A DNA stretch of 64,000 nt from Gekko japonicus (lineage: Eukaryota): positions 1-64,000 of the forward strand of contig NW_015171648.1 in the NCBI RefSeq assembly GCF_001447785.1, written 5' to 3'. The notes beneath the pieces were generated by a model. The model had not been told where the DNA came from and did no database searches. It saw nothing but the letters and a program-made list of their open reading frames with translations. Shown here one piece after another: positions 47,272 to 62,681 of this stretch. Within the stretch, counting starts at the first letter, position 1, and the number at the start of each line of letters is the position of its first letter. A program made the translations under genes and the position numbers.

Positions 47272-47739
47272 TTTAATGAATTTATGAATGTATATGTGCC
47301 ACATAAATGAATGAAATGAAAACATAGCAAAAACCCTGAATGGACAAAATAAAACAAAGATTACACATTCCAGTCCTATGTGTCTCAGCACTGCTTCCTC
47401 TGTACTGCCATGTTACAAAGAGGACATAGCCATTCCTAATCCTGTGCCCTGTCTGAAGTTTCTTTTCTTAGTATAAATAATTTACTTAGGTTTTTAGGAT
47501 TAAGACTCTCTGTGTGTATGTGTGTAAATCTATATCTATATATCCCTACATGCGCAATAGACTATGATGCAGCATCTGGGCATTATATATATGTATTTAT
47601 ATATAAATACATATTCTATTTTTACTTCTAAGGCATGGATTGCATAAGGCATTTTGAAATAAAGCCATTGCAACCTCTTATTCCAGAGGAATATTCTGTG
47701 CTAATCAATGAAGGGAGAATAATTTGGAAAATGTGCAGC

Positions 47740-47772
47740 TGCTATATTTTTCTTCAAGCACATGGTGGTGCT
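47740..47772 (+). promoter_or_regulatory. CSE/CTCF-like element of C2
   Basis: Core GCACATGGTGGTGCT at 47758 with TGCTA 18 bp upstream; core 259 bp from ATG. Confidence 0.72.
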
Positions 47773-48016
47773 GTTGGACAGCAAAGCAAATATTGTTGAA
47801 GACTATAAACGCTCTTTGCAAAAGCTGTGGCCATTAGACAAAGCAGTATCAAGGAAATAGGCAGCAGCTCTGCATTGCAAAATAACAGTCAGAAATGATA
47901 GGAGGCGAAAGCTGCAGAATCAATCTCCAACAATAAGAAGAGCAAAGAAAGGGAACCAGGTGCTTTACAAAGAACCCCCTTGTGTTTTACTTCTGCCTTG
48001 GGGAAAAGCTGCAAGA

Positions 48017-50667
48017 ATGCAAAGGAGCCACCTTAACAGGCAAGTCTGGTCTTTTTCTCTGTATTTATGCCTTGCTGTTGTGGTGTGTGAGACTTTCCAC
48101 TATTCAGTGCCTGAGGAAAAGAAAAGTGGGTCTCTGGTGACAAATGTGCTAAAGGATTTGAAAGTAGATGTAAAGGAGCTGTCTGCTCGCAGGGCCCGGC
48201 TGGTTTCTGAAGGCACCAGGCAATATTTCCAGCTGGATCCACACTCTGGGAATCTGATATTACAACACAGAATAGACCGAGAAGCTTCTTGTGGTCAGAA
48301 AGACCCTTGCATCTTGGTTTCAGAGATTGTGCTGGAAAATCCATTGCAAGTCCATAGAACTGAAGTTCAAATAGAGGATGTGAATGACAATTCCCCCCAC
48401 TTCTCTAAAAAGGAATTCCTTCTCGAAATTCCTGAACAAACTCCGTTGAATACCCAGTTCCCATTGGAGAGTGCTAAAGATACAGACAGAGGAGAAAATG
48501 CTGTTCAGAACTATACACTTAGTCCTAATGACCATTTTAGGTTGGATGTTCAAAGTCACAGTGATGGTCGCAAAAGTGCAGAATTAGTACTGGAGAAACA
48601 ATTAGACCGTGAAGAGACTGCACGGCTTTTCCTGATTCTGTCGGCTATTGATGGAGGGACCCCAAAGAGAACAGGGACAGCAACAATTGTAATTGATGTT
48701 CTGGATACCAATGATAATGCCCCTCAGTTTCATCAATCTCTTTACAAAGTGAAGCTAATGGAAAACAGCCAGTCAAGTACACTTGTAGCTAAAGTTAATG
48801 CAACGGACAGGGATTCTGGTTCCTATGCGGACATCACTTATTTTTTCGGTCAAGTGCCAGAAAACGTGCTCAGATCTTTTAAGTTGAATAAACATACTGG
48901 GGAACTTACTGTTGCTGGAGCCATTGATTATGAAGAGGAGAGAAGTTATGAGATAAAAATCAAAGCCACAGATGGAGGGGGGCTCTCTGCTTACTGCAAA
49001 GTCATTGTGGAGGTTGAGGACATGAATGACAATGCCCCAGAGGTGACCCTCACATCCCTCACTAGTCCCTTATCAGAAGATTCTCCCTTAGACACAGTGG
49101 TGGCCCTTTTCCGTGTCACAGATCAAGACACTGGAGACAATGGCAGAACTGCCTGCACCNNNNNNNNNNNNNNNNNNNNNNNNNNNNNNNNNNNNNNNNN
49201 NNNNNNNNNNNNNNNNNNNNNNNNNNNNNNNNNNNNNNNNNNNNNNNNNNNNNNNNNNNNNNNNNNNNNNNNNNNNNNNNNNNNNNNNNNNNNNNNNNNN
49301 NNNNNNNNNNNNNNNNNNNNNNNNNNNNNNNNNNNNNNNNNNNNNNNNNNNNNNNNNNNNNNNNNNNNNNNNNNNNNNNNNNNNNNNNNNNNNNNNNNNN
49401 NNNNNNNNNNNNNNNNNNNNNNNNNNNNNNNNNNNNNNNNNNNNNNNNNNNNNNNNNNNNNNNNNNNNNNNNNNNNNNNNNNNNNNNNNNNNNNNNNNNN
49501 NNNNNNNNNNNNNNNNNNNNNNNNNNNNNNNNNNNNNNNNNNNNNNNNNNNNNNNNNNNNNNNNNNNNNNNNNNNNNNNNNNNNNNNNNNNNNNNNNNNN
49601 NNNNNNNNNNNNNNNNNNNNNNNNNNNNNNNNNNNNNNNNNNNNNNNNNNNNNNNNNNNNNNNNNNNNNNNNNNNNNNNNNNNNNNNNNNNNNNNNNNNN
49701 NNNNNNNNNNNNNGTCTCCATCAACTCTGAAACTGGGAATCTGTACACCATCCGATCTCTGGACTATGAGCAGGTGAAAGATTTCCAAGTGGCCGTGAGG
49801 GCTGTGGATAGTGGTTCTCCACCCCTGAGCTCCCAGGTCATGGTCCGAGTCATTGTCATGGATGAAAATGATAATGTCCCGTTCATCCTCTACCCTCTTC
49901 AGAACGGCACTTCCCCATCCAATGACCTGGTTCCCAGGGGGGCGGAGGCTGGGTACCTGGTCACCAAGGTGGTGGCCGTGGACAGAGATTCTGGTCAGAA
50001 CGCGTGGCTTTCCTATGAGCTCCTGAAGGCCACAGAACCGGGTCTGTTCAGTGTGGGGGCCCAGAATGGAGAAGTGAAAACCATGCGGCCCATTAACAAA
50101 CGAGACACCTTCAAACAGAAACTTATCATTGGAGTTAGAGACAATGGTCACCCTCCCCAGTCCACCTCTGCAACGCTAAGCATTCTGCTAGTGGACGGTT
50201 TTTCTGACCCTTATATGAAAATTGTGAGCATCCCAAAAGATGAAGTGGTGGAAGAGGAAGACCGTACCCTGACGATGTATCTGGTCATATGCTTGGCTGT
50301 CATCTCTTTCATATTTTTGTTTTCTATGTTGGTGTTTTTTGCCATCAAGATTAATAAAAGGAGGAAGTTCGTAGGGAGCTCTGCTTTGAATTTCCCAGTG
50401 GGACCGAATTTCCCTGAGAACTGTGGAGATGCTGATGCTGGATCCCTCTCTCGGGCTTACAATTATGAGGTGTGCTTAGCTGGTGGATCTCTGAACAGCG
50501 AGTTCAGGTTTCTCAGGCCTCTCTTTCCTGTTTTTTCTGTGGAGCCTGCTCAGTCCCAGGGGACTCAAAGGATTTCACCAGGTTCCCAAGAAGTTCCCAG
50601 TCATGGTGCAGAAGGTCAGCTTATGAGCCAGGTGAGAATAATTGATTTTATATATAATTATTATTGA
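48017..50667 (+). CDS. PCDHB: Protocadherin beta-like large exon C2 (EC4-EC5 hidden by N gap 49160-49713)
   Basis: MQRSHLNRQVW start; open frames on both sides of the gap match C1; donor CAG|GTGAGA after 50631. Confidence 0.85.
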
Positions 50668-50870
50668 ATGAATCCTATTAGCCTCAAATAAGTATTTGCT
50701 TTTTGAACTCCATTGAATCACTAGAAATGATACGGTGTGCTTTTCCTTGCACCCATATTGATCCTCTTCCAATCTGTCTCCTCTTGTACATCTTTTTGAA
50801 CATGCAAAGAAACAACAAGAACCATACTACATATGAAATGGAACCATGTATGAAACAATATACCTGAGTC

Positions 50871-51266
50871 CAGGGGTATTTTTGGGCAGGAACGCACAGG
50901 AACGGAGTTCCGGCTGGCTCCTGAGTTGGCCACGCCCAGCAGGAGCTCATTAGCATAATAGGCCACACCCAACAGCAGAAACTCATTAGGATTGGCTACA
51001 TTAGGGGTGTGTGGCCTAACATGCAAAGGAGTTCCTACTACAAAAAAAACCCCTGGGTTTTGACAACAAACAAGGTAAACAGACTAAGAAGCAAAAGGTG
51101 GGTGTGGCTGGATGTCCACACTTCTGGTAACTTGGGGGCGTGGCCTAATATGCTAATGAGCCATACTATCAGGGGTGTGGCCTAATATGCTAATGAGTTT
51201 CTGCTGTTGGGCATGGCTTATTATGCTAATGAGTTCCTGCTGGGCTTTTTAAAAAAAAATGCCCTG
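50871..51266. mobile_element. hAT-like MITE (family X), copy 3
   Basis: Same internal sequence; 8-bp TSD CCTGAGTC/CCTGAGAC. Confidence 0.85.
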
Positions 51267-52594
51267 CCTGAGACATTAGTGTAAATCAAGCACAATATTG
51301 ACTGGATTCGTGTTTAATTCCACGGTTCTCAAACCATGGGTTACCTTCATAAAATGGGTCAATATTGTCCATAGGTTAGTCACAGAAAGGAAGAAGAAGC
51401 AGGATGAGCTTAACACACATGAAGCTGCCTTATACTGAATCAGACCCTTGGTCTATCAGAGTCAGTCTTGTTTACTCAGTCTGACATTGGCTCTGCTTGC
51501 ATATTACTTCCTACCTGGTTCTTGATGCTGGGATTGAACCTGGGACCTTCTGCATGTCAAGAAGATGCACCGAGCCATTGCCCTTGGCCATAGAAGAGAA
51601 GATGCTAGACAGATGTAATTTCTTTCTTTTAAGGACATACAAAGAGCCCTGCTGGATCAGACCCAGTGGTCTATCCACTGTCTCACACAGTGGCCAGTCT
51701 GTTCCTCTGGATGGCCAACAACAGGACATAGAGGCTGATGTTTCATCCTGGCACTAGAATTCAGAGGTTTACTGCCTCTGAACATGGAGATTCCATTTAG
51801 TCACTATGGCTAGTAGCCACTGATAGACTTCTCCACAGATAGGTCATGTTTGAAGCTCTCTGTGCCTGTGGCCTTCACTTCCCATTCATTGATAACACAC
51901 TCTGCCCTTTGTTATCTATTTTCCTGCAGAAGTCTTTCTTCAACCAAGAGAGTAGAAGCTACTTCACACATTAGATTTTTAGGTGTACTAATGTTCCCTC
52001 TAAGCTGTGGAGTCTTGTGAGCAAAAATTATACTTTGTGAGCGACTGGTATTAAAATTTTGAACGAGCGATTTGGCTGTTGCATAAATTAGTTTGCTCTG
52101 GAGCCATCCTTCCTGAGCTGAGACGAAAACGTGTGAGCCATAGGTTAAAAAACTGATACTTCACACATTAGATTTTTAGGTGTACTTGTGATAATTTCAT
52201 GGGTGTTTCTAAAAATGCAAACTGAATTTGGCATTTGCACATTTATAAATGTGAGCACTGAATGACGAGCTCTTCAGAGAGTGGGACAGGCCGCAGGTCC
52301 CGTGGAGCATATAGTCAGTGCCAGATTTGGAGTTGCCTGTGCATAGTGTGCAAGAGGACCATGAGATCTTTACACAGCTTGTTGCTCAGTATTGCTATTA
52401 ATAAATAACCTTGTTCATTGTTAAAGTGGTACAAGATTCTTGCATTTTATGTGTGTGAATTAGTTTATTTGGGTTAATTTGCCATTGGATCCTGAAAGAT
52501 CGATTAAATGTAGACGTGGATCCCTCTTCAAAACATTTGAGAACCACAGGTTTAATAGACAACATACAATCTTTTTGGTTTTCTTCTGCGTGGA

Positions 52595-52609
52595 CCACAA
52601 GATGGCAGT
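52595..52609 (+). promoter_or_regulatory. CSE/CTCF-like element of A3
   Basis: CCACAAGATGGCAGT, 266 bp upstream of ATG. Confidence 0.8.
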
Positions 52610-52860
52610 ATTGGCAAACAGATGAGTTGCAACTTGCATTTCAGACAAAATCACATTCTAGCAGCCCAAGGAGAAATCTATGAACAGACAGACAGACTCT
52701 GAAGGCAAAGAGGAGGTGCAATGGAAGACTGAAGGAAGGAAAGCAATGAACACCACATATCAAGATTAATTTCTCCAACAGTATCAATTGTCACTGGATA
52801 TTACCCAGCTTCTTTATGTTTTGAAAACCATAAATACCTGACCTGGGAGAGTCTGGCACC

Positions 52861-55267
<2,407 letters not shown>

Positions 55268-56012
55268 AGATTTTTCAGCAGGGTTGTATGACTGAATAAA
55301 GTTTTTGTTGAATAGTCAATCACATTGCATTTTTTCCCTCCATCCTCTTTTTCTGAATATTGTTCCTTGTATGGTGGCTAGATAGCTGCTGGCCACTGGC
55401 CTGTGTTCCCATATACTTTCCCCTCCTACATCTCCTTTCCCATGATCAATTGTCCCAGTTCCCTTTCTCTTAGACTTCATAACTCAGTGTCAGTATGCAA
55501 ATCTTCTGCCCCTGAATAGCATGTGAGTGTTTTCCCTCAGCCTGCCACCATGCTGTACATTTATTTATTTATTTATTTATTATTAGCATTTTTACTCTGC
55601 CCTCCCCGCGAACAGGCTTAGGGCGGCTTACACGGGGGCACAAGCCCATACATAAAAACAGTATAAAACAGTAAAACTATTAAATCACAACAAAAACAGA
55701 ATAAAGTGCTCCATACAAACAAGATGGTCTCCGATGATGGTATCAGTCATTTCATTAGGGTGATATTGTCCTGTTGATGGTCCAAGGCAGTCCAGCAGTA
55801 TCAGTGCCATGCAAAATTGTGGCAGTTCTTCCGGGGACCGCCCCTAACCCTGTTGTTTTCTCCACCATTGAGGGTGGTAGTAATGATGATGGCCCATCCT
55901 TGTTCAGTCTAACATATCTCCAGTCTCTCTGGCCCTGGACATCTCCTTTTCCTCCCATCTTTTACTTCAACCTCTGCCTCCAAGCCTTTTTGGCCAAGTC
56001 TGGGAGTTTCCC

Positions 56013-56333
56013 TGTTACGTATTAACCATGGACTGCACACGTGGTTGGACCAACATGTGGTCAAGTGCTAGGGTTAAGCTTCACTCAAGAGACAATAGCC
56101 GGCTTGGATCCTAGTGTGGACCATTCGGCCACCCCGGTTCTGGGAGTGGACCCATGGGTGTTAGGGCACTGTAAATAGCCTATCACGGGTTGTGTGTGTG
56201 TGTGTGTGTTGTGTGTGGTGTTCTTGGGGATTTAAGCAGGCTCCGACCTTGCTACTGTGTCTTTTAGTTCCTGATACTTCTAATAAACTATGAGCTGATC
56301 ACTATGCTACGCCTCGGAACTCAGTATATTTTA
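56013..56333 (+). mobile_element. Probable solo LTR
   Basis: TGTTA..TA termini; 5-bp TSD TTCCC; AATAAA at 56282. Confidence 0.7.
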
Positions 56334-57802
56334 TTCCCTGTGCTTTGTCCCCTATCCACTGGCCTCTTCCCCACTAAAGGTGGCTTTGTATAGTAGTTAT
56401 GCCATGCTCCCCACCCCAATACTTTTTATTTATTTATTTTCATTAATATTCCACCGTTCTCACTGGGATGTACAGTGGAATACAACTATGATAGAAATAG
56501 TTGGAACATTGAACTGAGCTCAGTAAGTGATTAGTGATTTGTCAAGTGCAAATGAAATGTGTATATCTTTAAAGCATATACTTGCAAACCCTGATGGAAT
56601 ATATGAGGCGTTTTAAAATGCAGGACTCTTATCCACACTTTTCCCCTGCAGGAATACTTACTGCGTAGTACATATTATAAGCGGTTGGAGCTCACTCTTC
56701 TATTGTGCTGTAGATGTGCGGGCTGAGTTACAAGATGAGATTTCAAAATAATATGAACTCAGAATGATGTGTGAAAGGAACAGTCCACTAAAGAGATGTC
56801 ACCAGTTCAAAATAAGAGCAGTCACTAATCCCATCAAGAAACATCAGAGTCAATTCTCTACAGCGACCTTTTTTGTGCAGGTTACAAACTACTTTCAAGC
56901 CATCGACCCCCTCAGAGAAGACCATTGTGACAGCCCTTCTCCACTCCCACAGAGTGCATAACACCGAGGAATTTCAGACAGACGATATAATCCAGAAGAG
57001 GAACGGTTCCCAAACAGTTTCTGGTCTGTCATTTCAGACAGAACCGTTTTAGAACTGGTTCCCTACCGGAATATATTTGTAATTTCACATACAAACGCTT
57101 TTCTCCCATTTAGGAAACGGGGCTGAAGCGTTTTACCTGTCAACCGCTTCCAAGTAGTCTTCAGTTACCCTATGGAGTCTCAAAGCAGCTTATCATCTCC
57201 TTCCCTTCTTTTCCCAACAATAGGCACCCTGTGAGGTAGGTGGGGCTGAGAGAGTTCTGAGAGACCTGTGACTGGCGGAAGGTCACCCAGCAGGCGTCAT
57301 ATGGAGGAGTGGGGAATCAAATCTAATTCTCCAGATTAGAGTCTGCCACTCTTAATCACTACACTATGCTGGCTCTCCCAGCCCCTTTGATAACAGGCCC
57401 TCATTCAAACACTTCACTGAGTTATTGGAGCTGGAGTCTCATACACTCACTTGCCACCATTTATTTGTATCCTGTACTGTAGCCATAGACTGAGATATGA
57501 ACTTGTGTGGGGGTGGGGGTGTTTCTGTCCCTGGGACATGCAGCCCACAGGGTTAAACAAAGAGGGGGTTAACTTTTATTTATGGTTTGAACGTAACACT
57601 GAAGAAAGTAAGGTAGAGGTTTACAACGTTTCTTTTCCCTTGAACTTTCACACTGTTTCCCTATTCCAGCATTTGGGATTTTTTTGTTGTAAATTGACTT
57701 TCCTTTCCATTAAGCTTTAAGCTGCTCTCAGCTTCACTCAGTCAGATATATTTGGTACCCTCCAACTCCCCTCACTGCCAACTCTTTAACTGCTCTCCTA
57801 AC

Positions 57803-58008
57803 CAACGCTCCCTCTATGCTGTGGAGTCTTGTGAGCAAAAATTTCACTTTATGAGCTGCTGCCATTAAAGTCGTGAGCGAGCGATTGGGCTACTGCATAA
57901 ATTAGTGTGCTCTGAAGCCATCCTTCCTGAGCTAAGACAAAAATGTGTGAGCTGGAGACTGAAAAACTGTGAGCTAGCTCACACTAACTCAGCTTAGAGG
58001 GAATACTG
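57803..58008. mobile_element. hAT-like MITE (TIR CAGTGTTCCCTCTAAGCTG family); partial copies ~34290-34407 and 51988-52160
   Basis: TIRs and shared internal sequence. Confidence 0.8.
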
Positions 58009-59220
58009 AGTGCTATTTTCTAGCTGTCTCTCACAAACATTCCAACAACTCTTATTGGTCGCTCTTAGGGAAAGGTGGAACCTAACCTAACCATCACCAC
58101 TATCTTCAGCATTTCGACAGCACCAGCAGGGAAAGGAATGACGTGCCAGACTGGCAGTGTGTGTGTGCGCAGAGAAATGCTTCTAATGATAAATATGGTG
58201 TAGAAGCACTCTGCAATTGCTATTAGCTCCACTGCTCCCCAAAACTATCTTTCGTGAGTTTCCCACTTGGTTCTTTCTGGCAGTAGAGTTCCTACTCCTT
58301 CCACTCTGTGCCACAAGCCATCTCCCATCAGATTTCTTTCAGCTTCTCCTCTTCCCCACCGCAAAGGTGTGTCTCTCCTGAACCCCAAGCTGTGTGAGGT
58401 ACATACGAAGAATAAGAAAAAAGACAGCTGTCTCCAAGTAATTTGAACTGCCTTGCTGATTAGGATACTACAGTTCTCCAACAGATAACTGGAAAATTCT
58501 TTGTGTCCAGTTATAGTAAAAGAAGTTTATTAAGAACATGGCAGAATGTGCATGCATGAAATGCTACTGATTGCACTGTACTGTGCCATTTGCACATTTG
58601 AAAGGTAACTGCCCAACAGGCTCAATGAAAATTCTGTTCTCTACATACAACCGGAAAACAGAATATCAGCCAAACTGATGGGTCCTTGAACATCCCTGAC
58701 ATAGATTAGGCCCTAACAGGGTTCCTTAAACTCAGATTCATCTTAAGTTTTCCTCTAAGGGCGCTCCACCCATGAAGCTTCTTGTTAGAAGTACTGGCCA
58801 TTTGGTTATGAAACCCTACATTGTCCAAGACTAGAGTATTTAAAGTATTGGCTTCTTCCAATTAATGAGCTCATCATCTAAAATCAATACCAGTGGGTCT
58901 GATCACCATGTGCAGAGTCAGGTCATCTCTGTCGTGGCACTTCCACAATAGAGGTTTCCCCCCCAAAGCATTCTGGTTCCCTCTCCTCCCCTACTGTCCT
59001 TGTATAGATAAGCATTTTATTCCCCTGGCACCCTGATGACTACAGTTACTGGTGGTATTATTGTTCTTATGAAGAATCTTTAAACTGCTGGTTTTATAGT
59101 TAATTTTAGTGCAGTTGGATTATTAATAGTAGTTTTTTTAATTGTTTTTTAATTTGTACAATACCTCATAGCTAAACTTTGCAAAGAATAAAGGATATAA
59201 TTTTTTAGAAAGTGAACTTT

Positions 59221-59361
59221 GGCTGCGATCACACACAGTAATTAATCCACTTTCAATCCACTTTCAGTGCACTTTTCCAACTGGATTTTACTGTGTGAAC
59301 TGGAAAAACCCAGGTGGTAAGTGCACTGAAAGTGGATTGTTTAATGTGTGTGACCTCAGCC
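59221..59361. mobile_element. Short hairpin MITE (PIF/Harbinger-like)
   Basis: GGCTGCGATCACACACA..TGTGTGTGACCTCAGCC; inner arms AATCCACTTTCAGTGCACTT / AAGTGCACTGAAAGTGGATT; TTT flanks. Confidence 0.75.
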
Positions 59362-59966
59362 TTTAACTCGTATCATGAAGGCTGGTGTGTATGTTTGAGT
59401 ATTGCACTCAGAAAAAAAACAAGCATAGCCATGAGATACTGGTTGTTGTTACTGGGGACCCACCTTCCCCAATGCAAGTTTATTTATGAGGCAGATGGCC
59501 ATGAGATAAACAAATATATTTAAAACACTTAGTCATATGGAGAAAATACGACGTTTCACTTGTTCGACAACAAGCATGCTTTCTACTGTCTAACAGATAA
59601 ATACACACCCCATGTTTTAATGTCTTGAATGTTTTAATGTTGAAATTGTTTTGATGATCGCCACCTTGGGGACATTATTTGGGTAGAAAAGTGGCACATA
59701 AATGCTTTAAATAAATAAATATTAACATTTTTCTAATAAGCCCACTGTTTTAAAACTTTTTCAGTCTCAGAGAAATACACTAAGAATTCTGGGGAAACAT
59801 GCAGAGGTTGATGAGTCCCAAGGGTCTATAGGGGCCATGTTACATTATGAAAGATTATATAAATATGCATTACGAAAGATTATATAAAGAACGCAAGCTC
59901 TCCTTGCACAAGATACTTCATGTTCAGTCGTAAGAAGCAATTTAGAGGAGTCATATTATTGTTGAA

Positions 59967-59991
59967 ACACAAGGTGGTGCAATTGCACCAC
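59967..59991 (+). promoter_or_regulatory. CSE/CTCF-like element of B3 with palindrome
   Basis: ACACAAGGTGGTGCAATTGCACCAC, 285 bp upstream of ATG. Confidence 0.7.
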
Positions 59992-60251
59992 ACAAAATGC
60001 AGTTTCAGGGAATATCAGCTCTCTCACAAAACGGCTGTCTTCACTAGAAGGGATCTCAAAGAGAAAACAGCCTTCACTGCAGGCAAAGAGTCTGAAATTT
60101 CAGGGGCGGAAAGCCACTGCTCTCTCTAACCAAAAGCAAGGACAGGATAAACGAAAGATTTGCCTCAGGAACCACACAACAATCACTTCCAGCAGCTGCT
60201 TTACAAAGAACTATTCTGTGCATTGGATGTGCCTGGAAGGAGGCTGAGACA

Positions 60252-62681
60252 ATGGAGATGCATCCCAACAACTGGCAAGGTTGGTCTTTTTTCTTCTATC
60301 TCTGCATGTGTGGGGCAATATGTGAGTCCTTCCATTACTCAGTGCCTGAGGAAAAGAAAAGTGGGTCTCTGGTGGCAAATGTGCTAAAGGATTTGAAAAT
60401 GGATGTGAAGGAGCTCTCTGCTCGCAGGGCCCAGCTTGTTTCTGAAGGCACCAAGCAATATTTCCAGCTGGATCCTCACACTGGGAATGTGATATTAAAG
60501 GACAGAATAGACCTAGAAGCTTTTTTTGGTCAGAAAGACCCTTGCATCTTGGTTTCAGAGATTGTACTGGAAAATCCATTGCAAGTGCACAGAATTGAGG
60601 TTGAAATAGAGGATGTGAATGACAATTCCCCACAGTTCTCTAAAAAGGAATTCCTCTTTGAAATACCTGAGCACATGCCAACAAATACTCGATTCCCTTT
60701 AGAGAAAGCCAAAGATGCAGACAGGGGAGAAAATGCTGTGCAGAATTACACACTTAGTCCAAATGACCACTTTCGTCTGGATGTGCAAAGCCACAGTGAT
60801 GGAACGAAATTTTCAGAATTAGTATTGGAGAAACAATTAGACCGGGAAGAGGAAACACGTCTTTTTCTGACTCTGTTGGCTGTTGATGGAGGGATCCCAC
60901 AGAGAACAGGCACAGCACAAATTATCATTGAAGTTATAGATTCAAATGATAATGCTCCTCATTTTGATCAAAATGTTTACAAAGTGAAAATAATGGAAAG
61001 CAGCGAACCGGGCTCACACGTAGCCAAAGTGGAAGCACATGACCGTGATATTGGTTCTAATGCAGAAATCACTTACTCCTTCAGCCAGGTGCCAGATGAT
61101 GTACAAAGATTATTCAAATTAAATAAATTTACTGGGGAACTAACTGTGGCCGATGAAGTTGATTATGAAATAAATAGAGTTTATGATGTGAATATCAAAG
61201 CCGCTGATGGAGGAGGACTCACCGATTACTGCAAAGTCATTGTGGAGGTTGAGGACAGGAATGACAATGCCCCAGTGATGACCCTCACATCTGTCACTAG
61301 CCCCTTACCAGAGGATTCTCCCCCAGATACTGTTGTGGCCCTTTTCCGTGTCACAGACCGAGACTCTGGAGACAATGGCAGAACTGCCTGCACCACTGAG
61401 GCAAACTTACCATTTGTGTTAAAAGCGACGGTGACCAATTATTTCCAGCTGGTGACCCACCGAGCATTAGATCGAGAAACAGTTTCTGAATACAACGTCA
61501 CCATCACAGCCACAGACTGGGGCTCTCCCAGACTCACTTCCAGAAGAGTAATTAACATTCAGATCTCAGATGTCAATGACAATGCTCCAGTATTTCAGAA
61601 GTCCACATTTGAAATGCATCTATGGGAAAATAATATTCCAGGTCTGCTGATAGGTTTGGTCCAAGCCAAGGATACGGACATGGAGCAGAATGCCAAAGTG
61701 ACTTATTCTGTTTTGCCTGGGAAGGTCAGCGATCAACCTGTGTCCTCTTATGTCTCCATCAACTCTGAAACTGGAAATCTGTATGCCATCCGATCCCTAG
61801 ACTATGAGCAGATAAAAGATTTCCAGGTGACTGTCAGAGCTGTGGACCATGGTTCTCCACCCCTGAGCTCTGAAGCTATTGTCCGAGTTGTTGTCATGGA
61901 TGAAAATGATAATGCCCCATTCATCCTGTACCCTCTTCAGAATGGCACTTCCCCATCCAATGACCTGGTTCCCAGGGGGGCGGAGGCTGGCTACCTGGTC
62001 ACCAAGGTGGTGGCAGTGGACAGAGATTCTGGTCAGAACTCGTGGCTTTCCTATGAGCTCCTGAAGGCCACAGAACCAGGTCTGTTCAGTGTTGGAGCCC
62101 AGAATGGAGAAGTGAAAACCATGAGGCCCATTAATAAACGAGACACCTTCAAACAGAAACTTATCATCGGAGTCAGAGATAATGGGCACCCTCCCCAGTC
62201 TACCTCTGCCACACTAAGTATTCTGCTAGTGGATGGCTTTTCTGACCCTTATATGAAAATGGTGGATATCCCGAAGGATGAAGTGGTGGAGGGGGAAGAC
62301 CGTACCCTGACGTTGTATCTGGTCATATGCTTGGCTGCCATCTCCTTCATTTTTCTCATTTCTGTTGTGGTGTTTGTTGCCATCAAGATTCAAAAAAGGA
62401 GGAAGTTCCTAGAGAGCTCCGCCCTGAATTTCCCATTGGGACCAAATTTTCCTGAGAACTGTGGAGATGCTGATGCTGGATCCCTCTCCCGGGCTCACAA
62501 CTATGAGGTGTGCTTAGCTGGTGGGTCTCTGAACAGTGAGTTCAGGTTTCTCAGGCCTTTCTTTCCTGTGTTTTCTGTGGAGCCTGCTCAGTCCCAGGGG
62601 GCTCAAAGGATTTCACCCGGTTCCCAAGAAGTTCTCAGTCATGGAGCAGAAAATCAACATGTATGTCAGGTGACAGTATAA
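60252..62681 (+). CDS. PCDHB: Protocadherin beta-like large exon B3 (EC1 DRE->DLE, Cys->Phe)
   Basis: 809-aa ORF; donor CAG|GTGACA after 62669. Confidence 0.92.
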   Translation: MEMHPNNWQGWSFFFYLCMCGAICESFHYSVPEEKKSGSLVANVLKDLKMDVKELSARRAQLVSEGTKQYFQLDPHTGNVILKDRIDLEAFFGQKDPCILVSEIVLENPLQVHRIEVEIEDVNDNSPQFSKKEFLFEIPEHMPTNTRFPLEKAKDADRGENAVQNYTLSPNDHFRLDVQSHSDGTKFSELVLEKQLDREEETRLFLTLLAVDGGIPQRTGTAQIIIEVIDSNDNAPHFDQNVYKVKIMESSEPGSHVAKVEAHDRDIGSNAEITYSFSQVPDDVQRLFKLNKFTGELTVADEVDYEINRVYDVNIKAADGGGLTDYCKVIVEVEDRNDNAPVMTLTSVTSPLPEDSPPDTVVALFRVTDRDSGDNGRTACTTEANLPFVLKATVTNYFQLVTHRALDRETVSEYNVTITATDWGSPRLTSRRVINIQISDVNDNAPVFQKSTFEMHLWENNIPGLLIGLVQAKDTDMEQNAKVTYSVLPGKVSDQPVSSYVSINSETGNLYAIRSLDYEQIKDFQVTVRAVDHGSPPLSSEAIVRVVVMDENDNAPFILYPLQNGTSPSNDLVPRGAEAGYLVTKVVAVDRDSGQNSWLSYELLKATEPGLFSVGAQNGEVKTMRPINKRDTFKQKLIIGVRDNGHPPQSTSATLSILLVDGFSDPYMKMVDIPKDEVVEGEDRTLTLYLVICLAAISFIFLISVVVFVAIKIQKRRKFLESSALNFPLGPNFPENCGDADAGSLSRAHNYEVCLAGGSLNSEFRFLRPFFPVFSVEPAQSQGAQRISPGSQEVLSHGAENQHVCQVTV

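Noticed and set aside
49113-49777. Apparent frameshifts in C2 and A3
   Set aside because: Caused by estimated N-gap lengths, not by observed bases.
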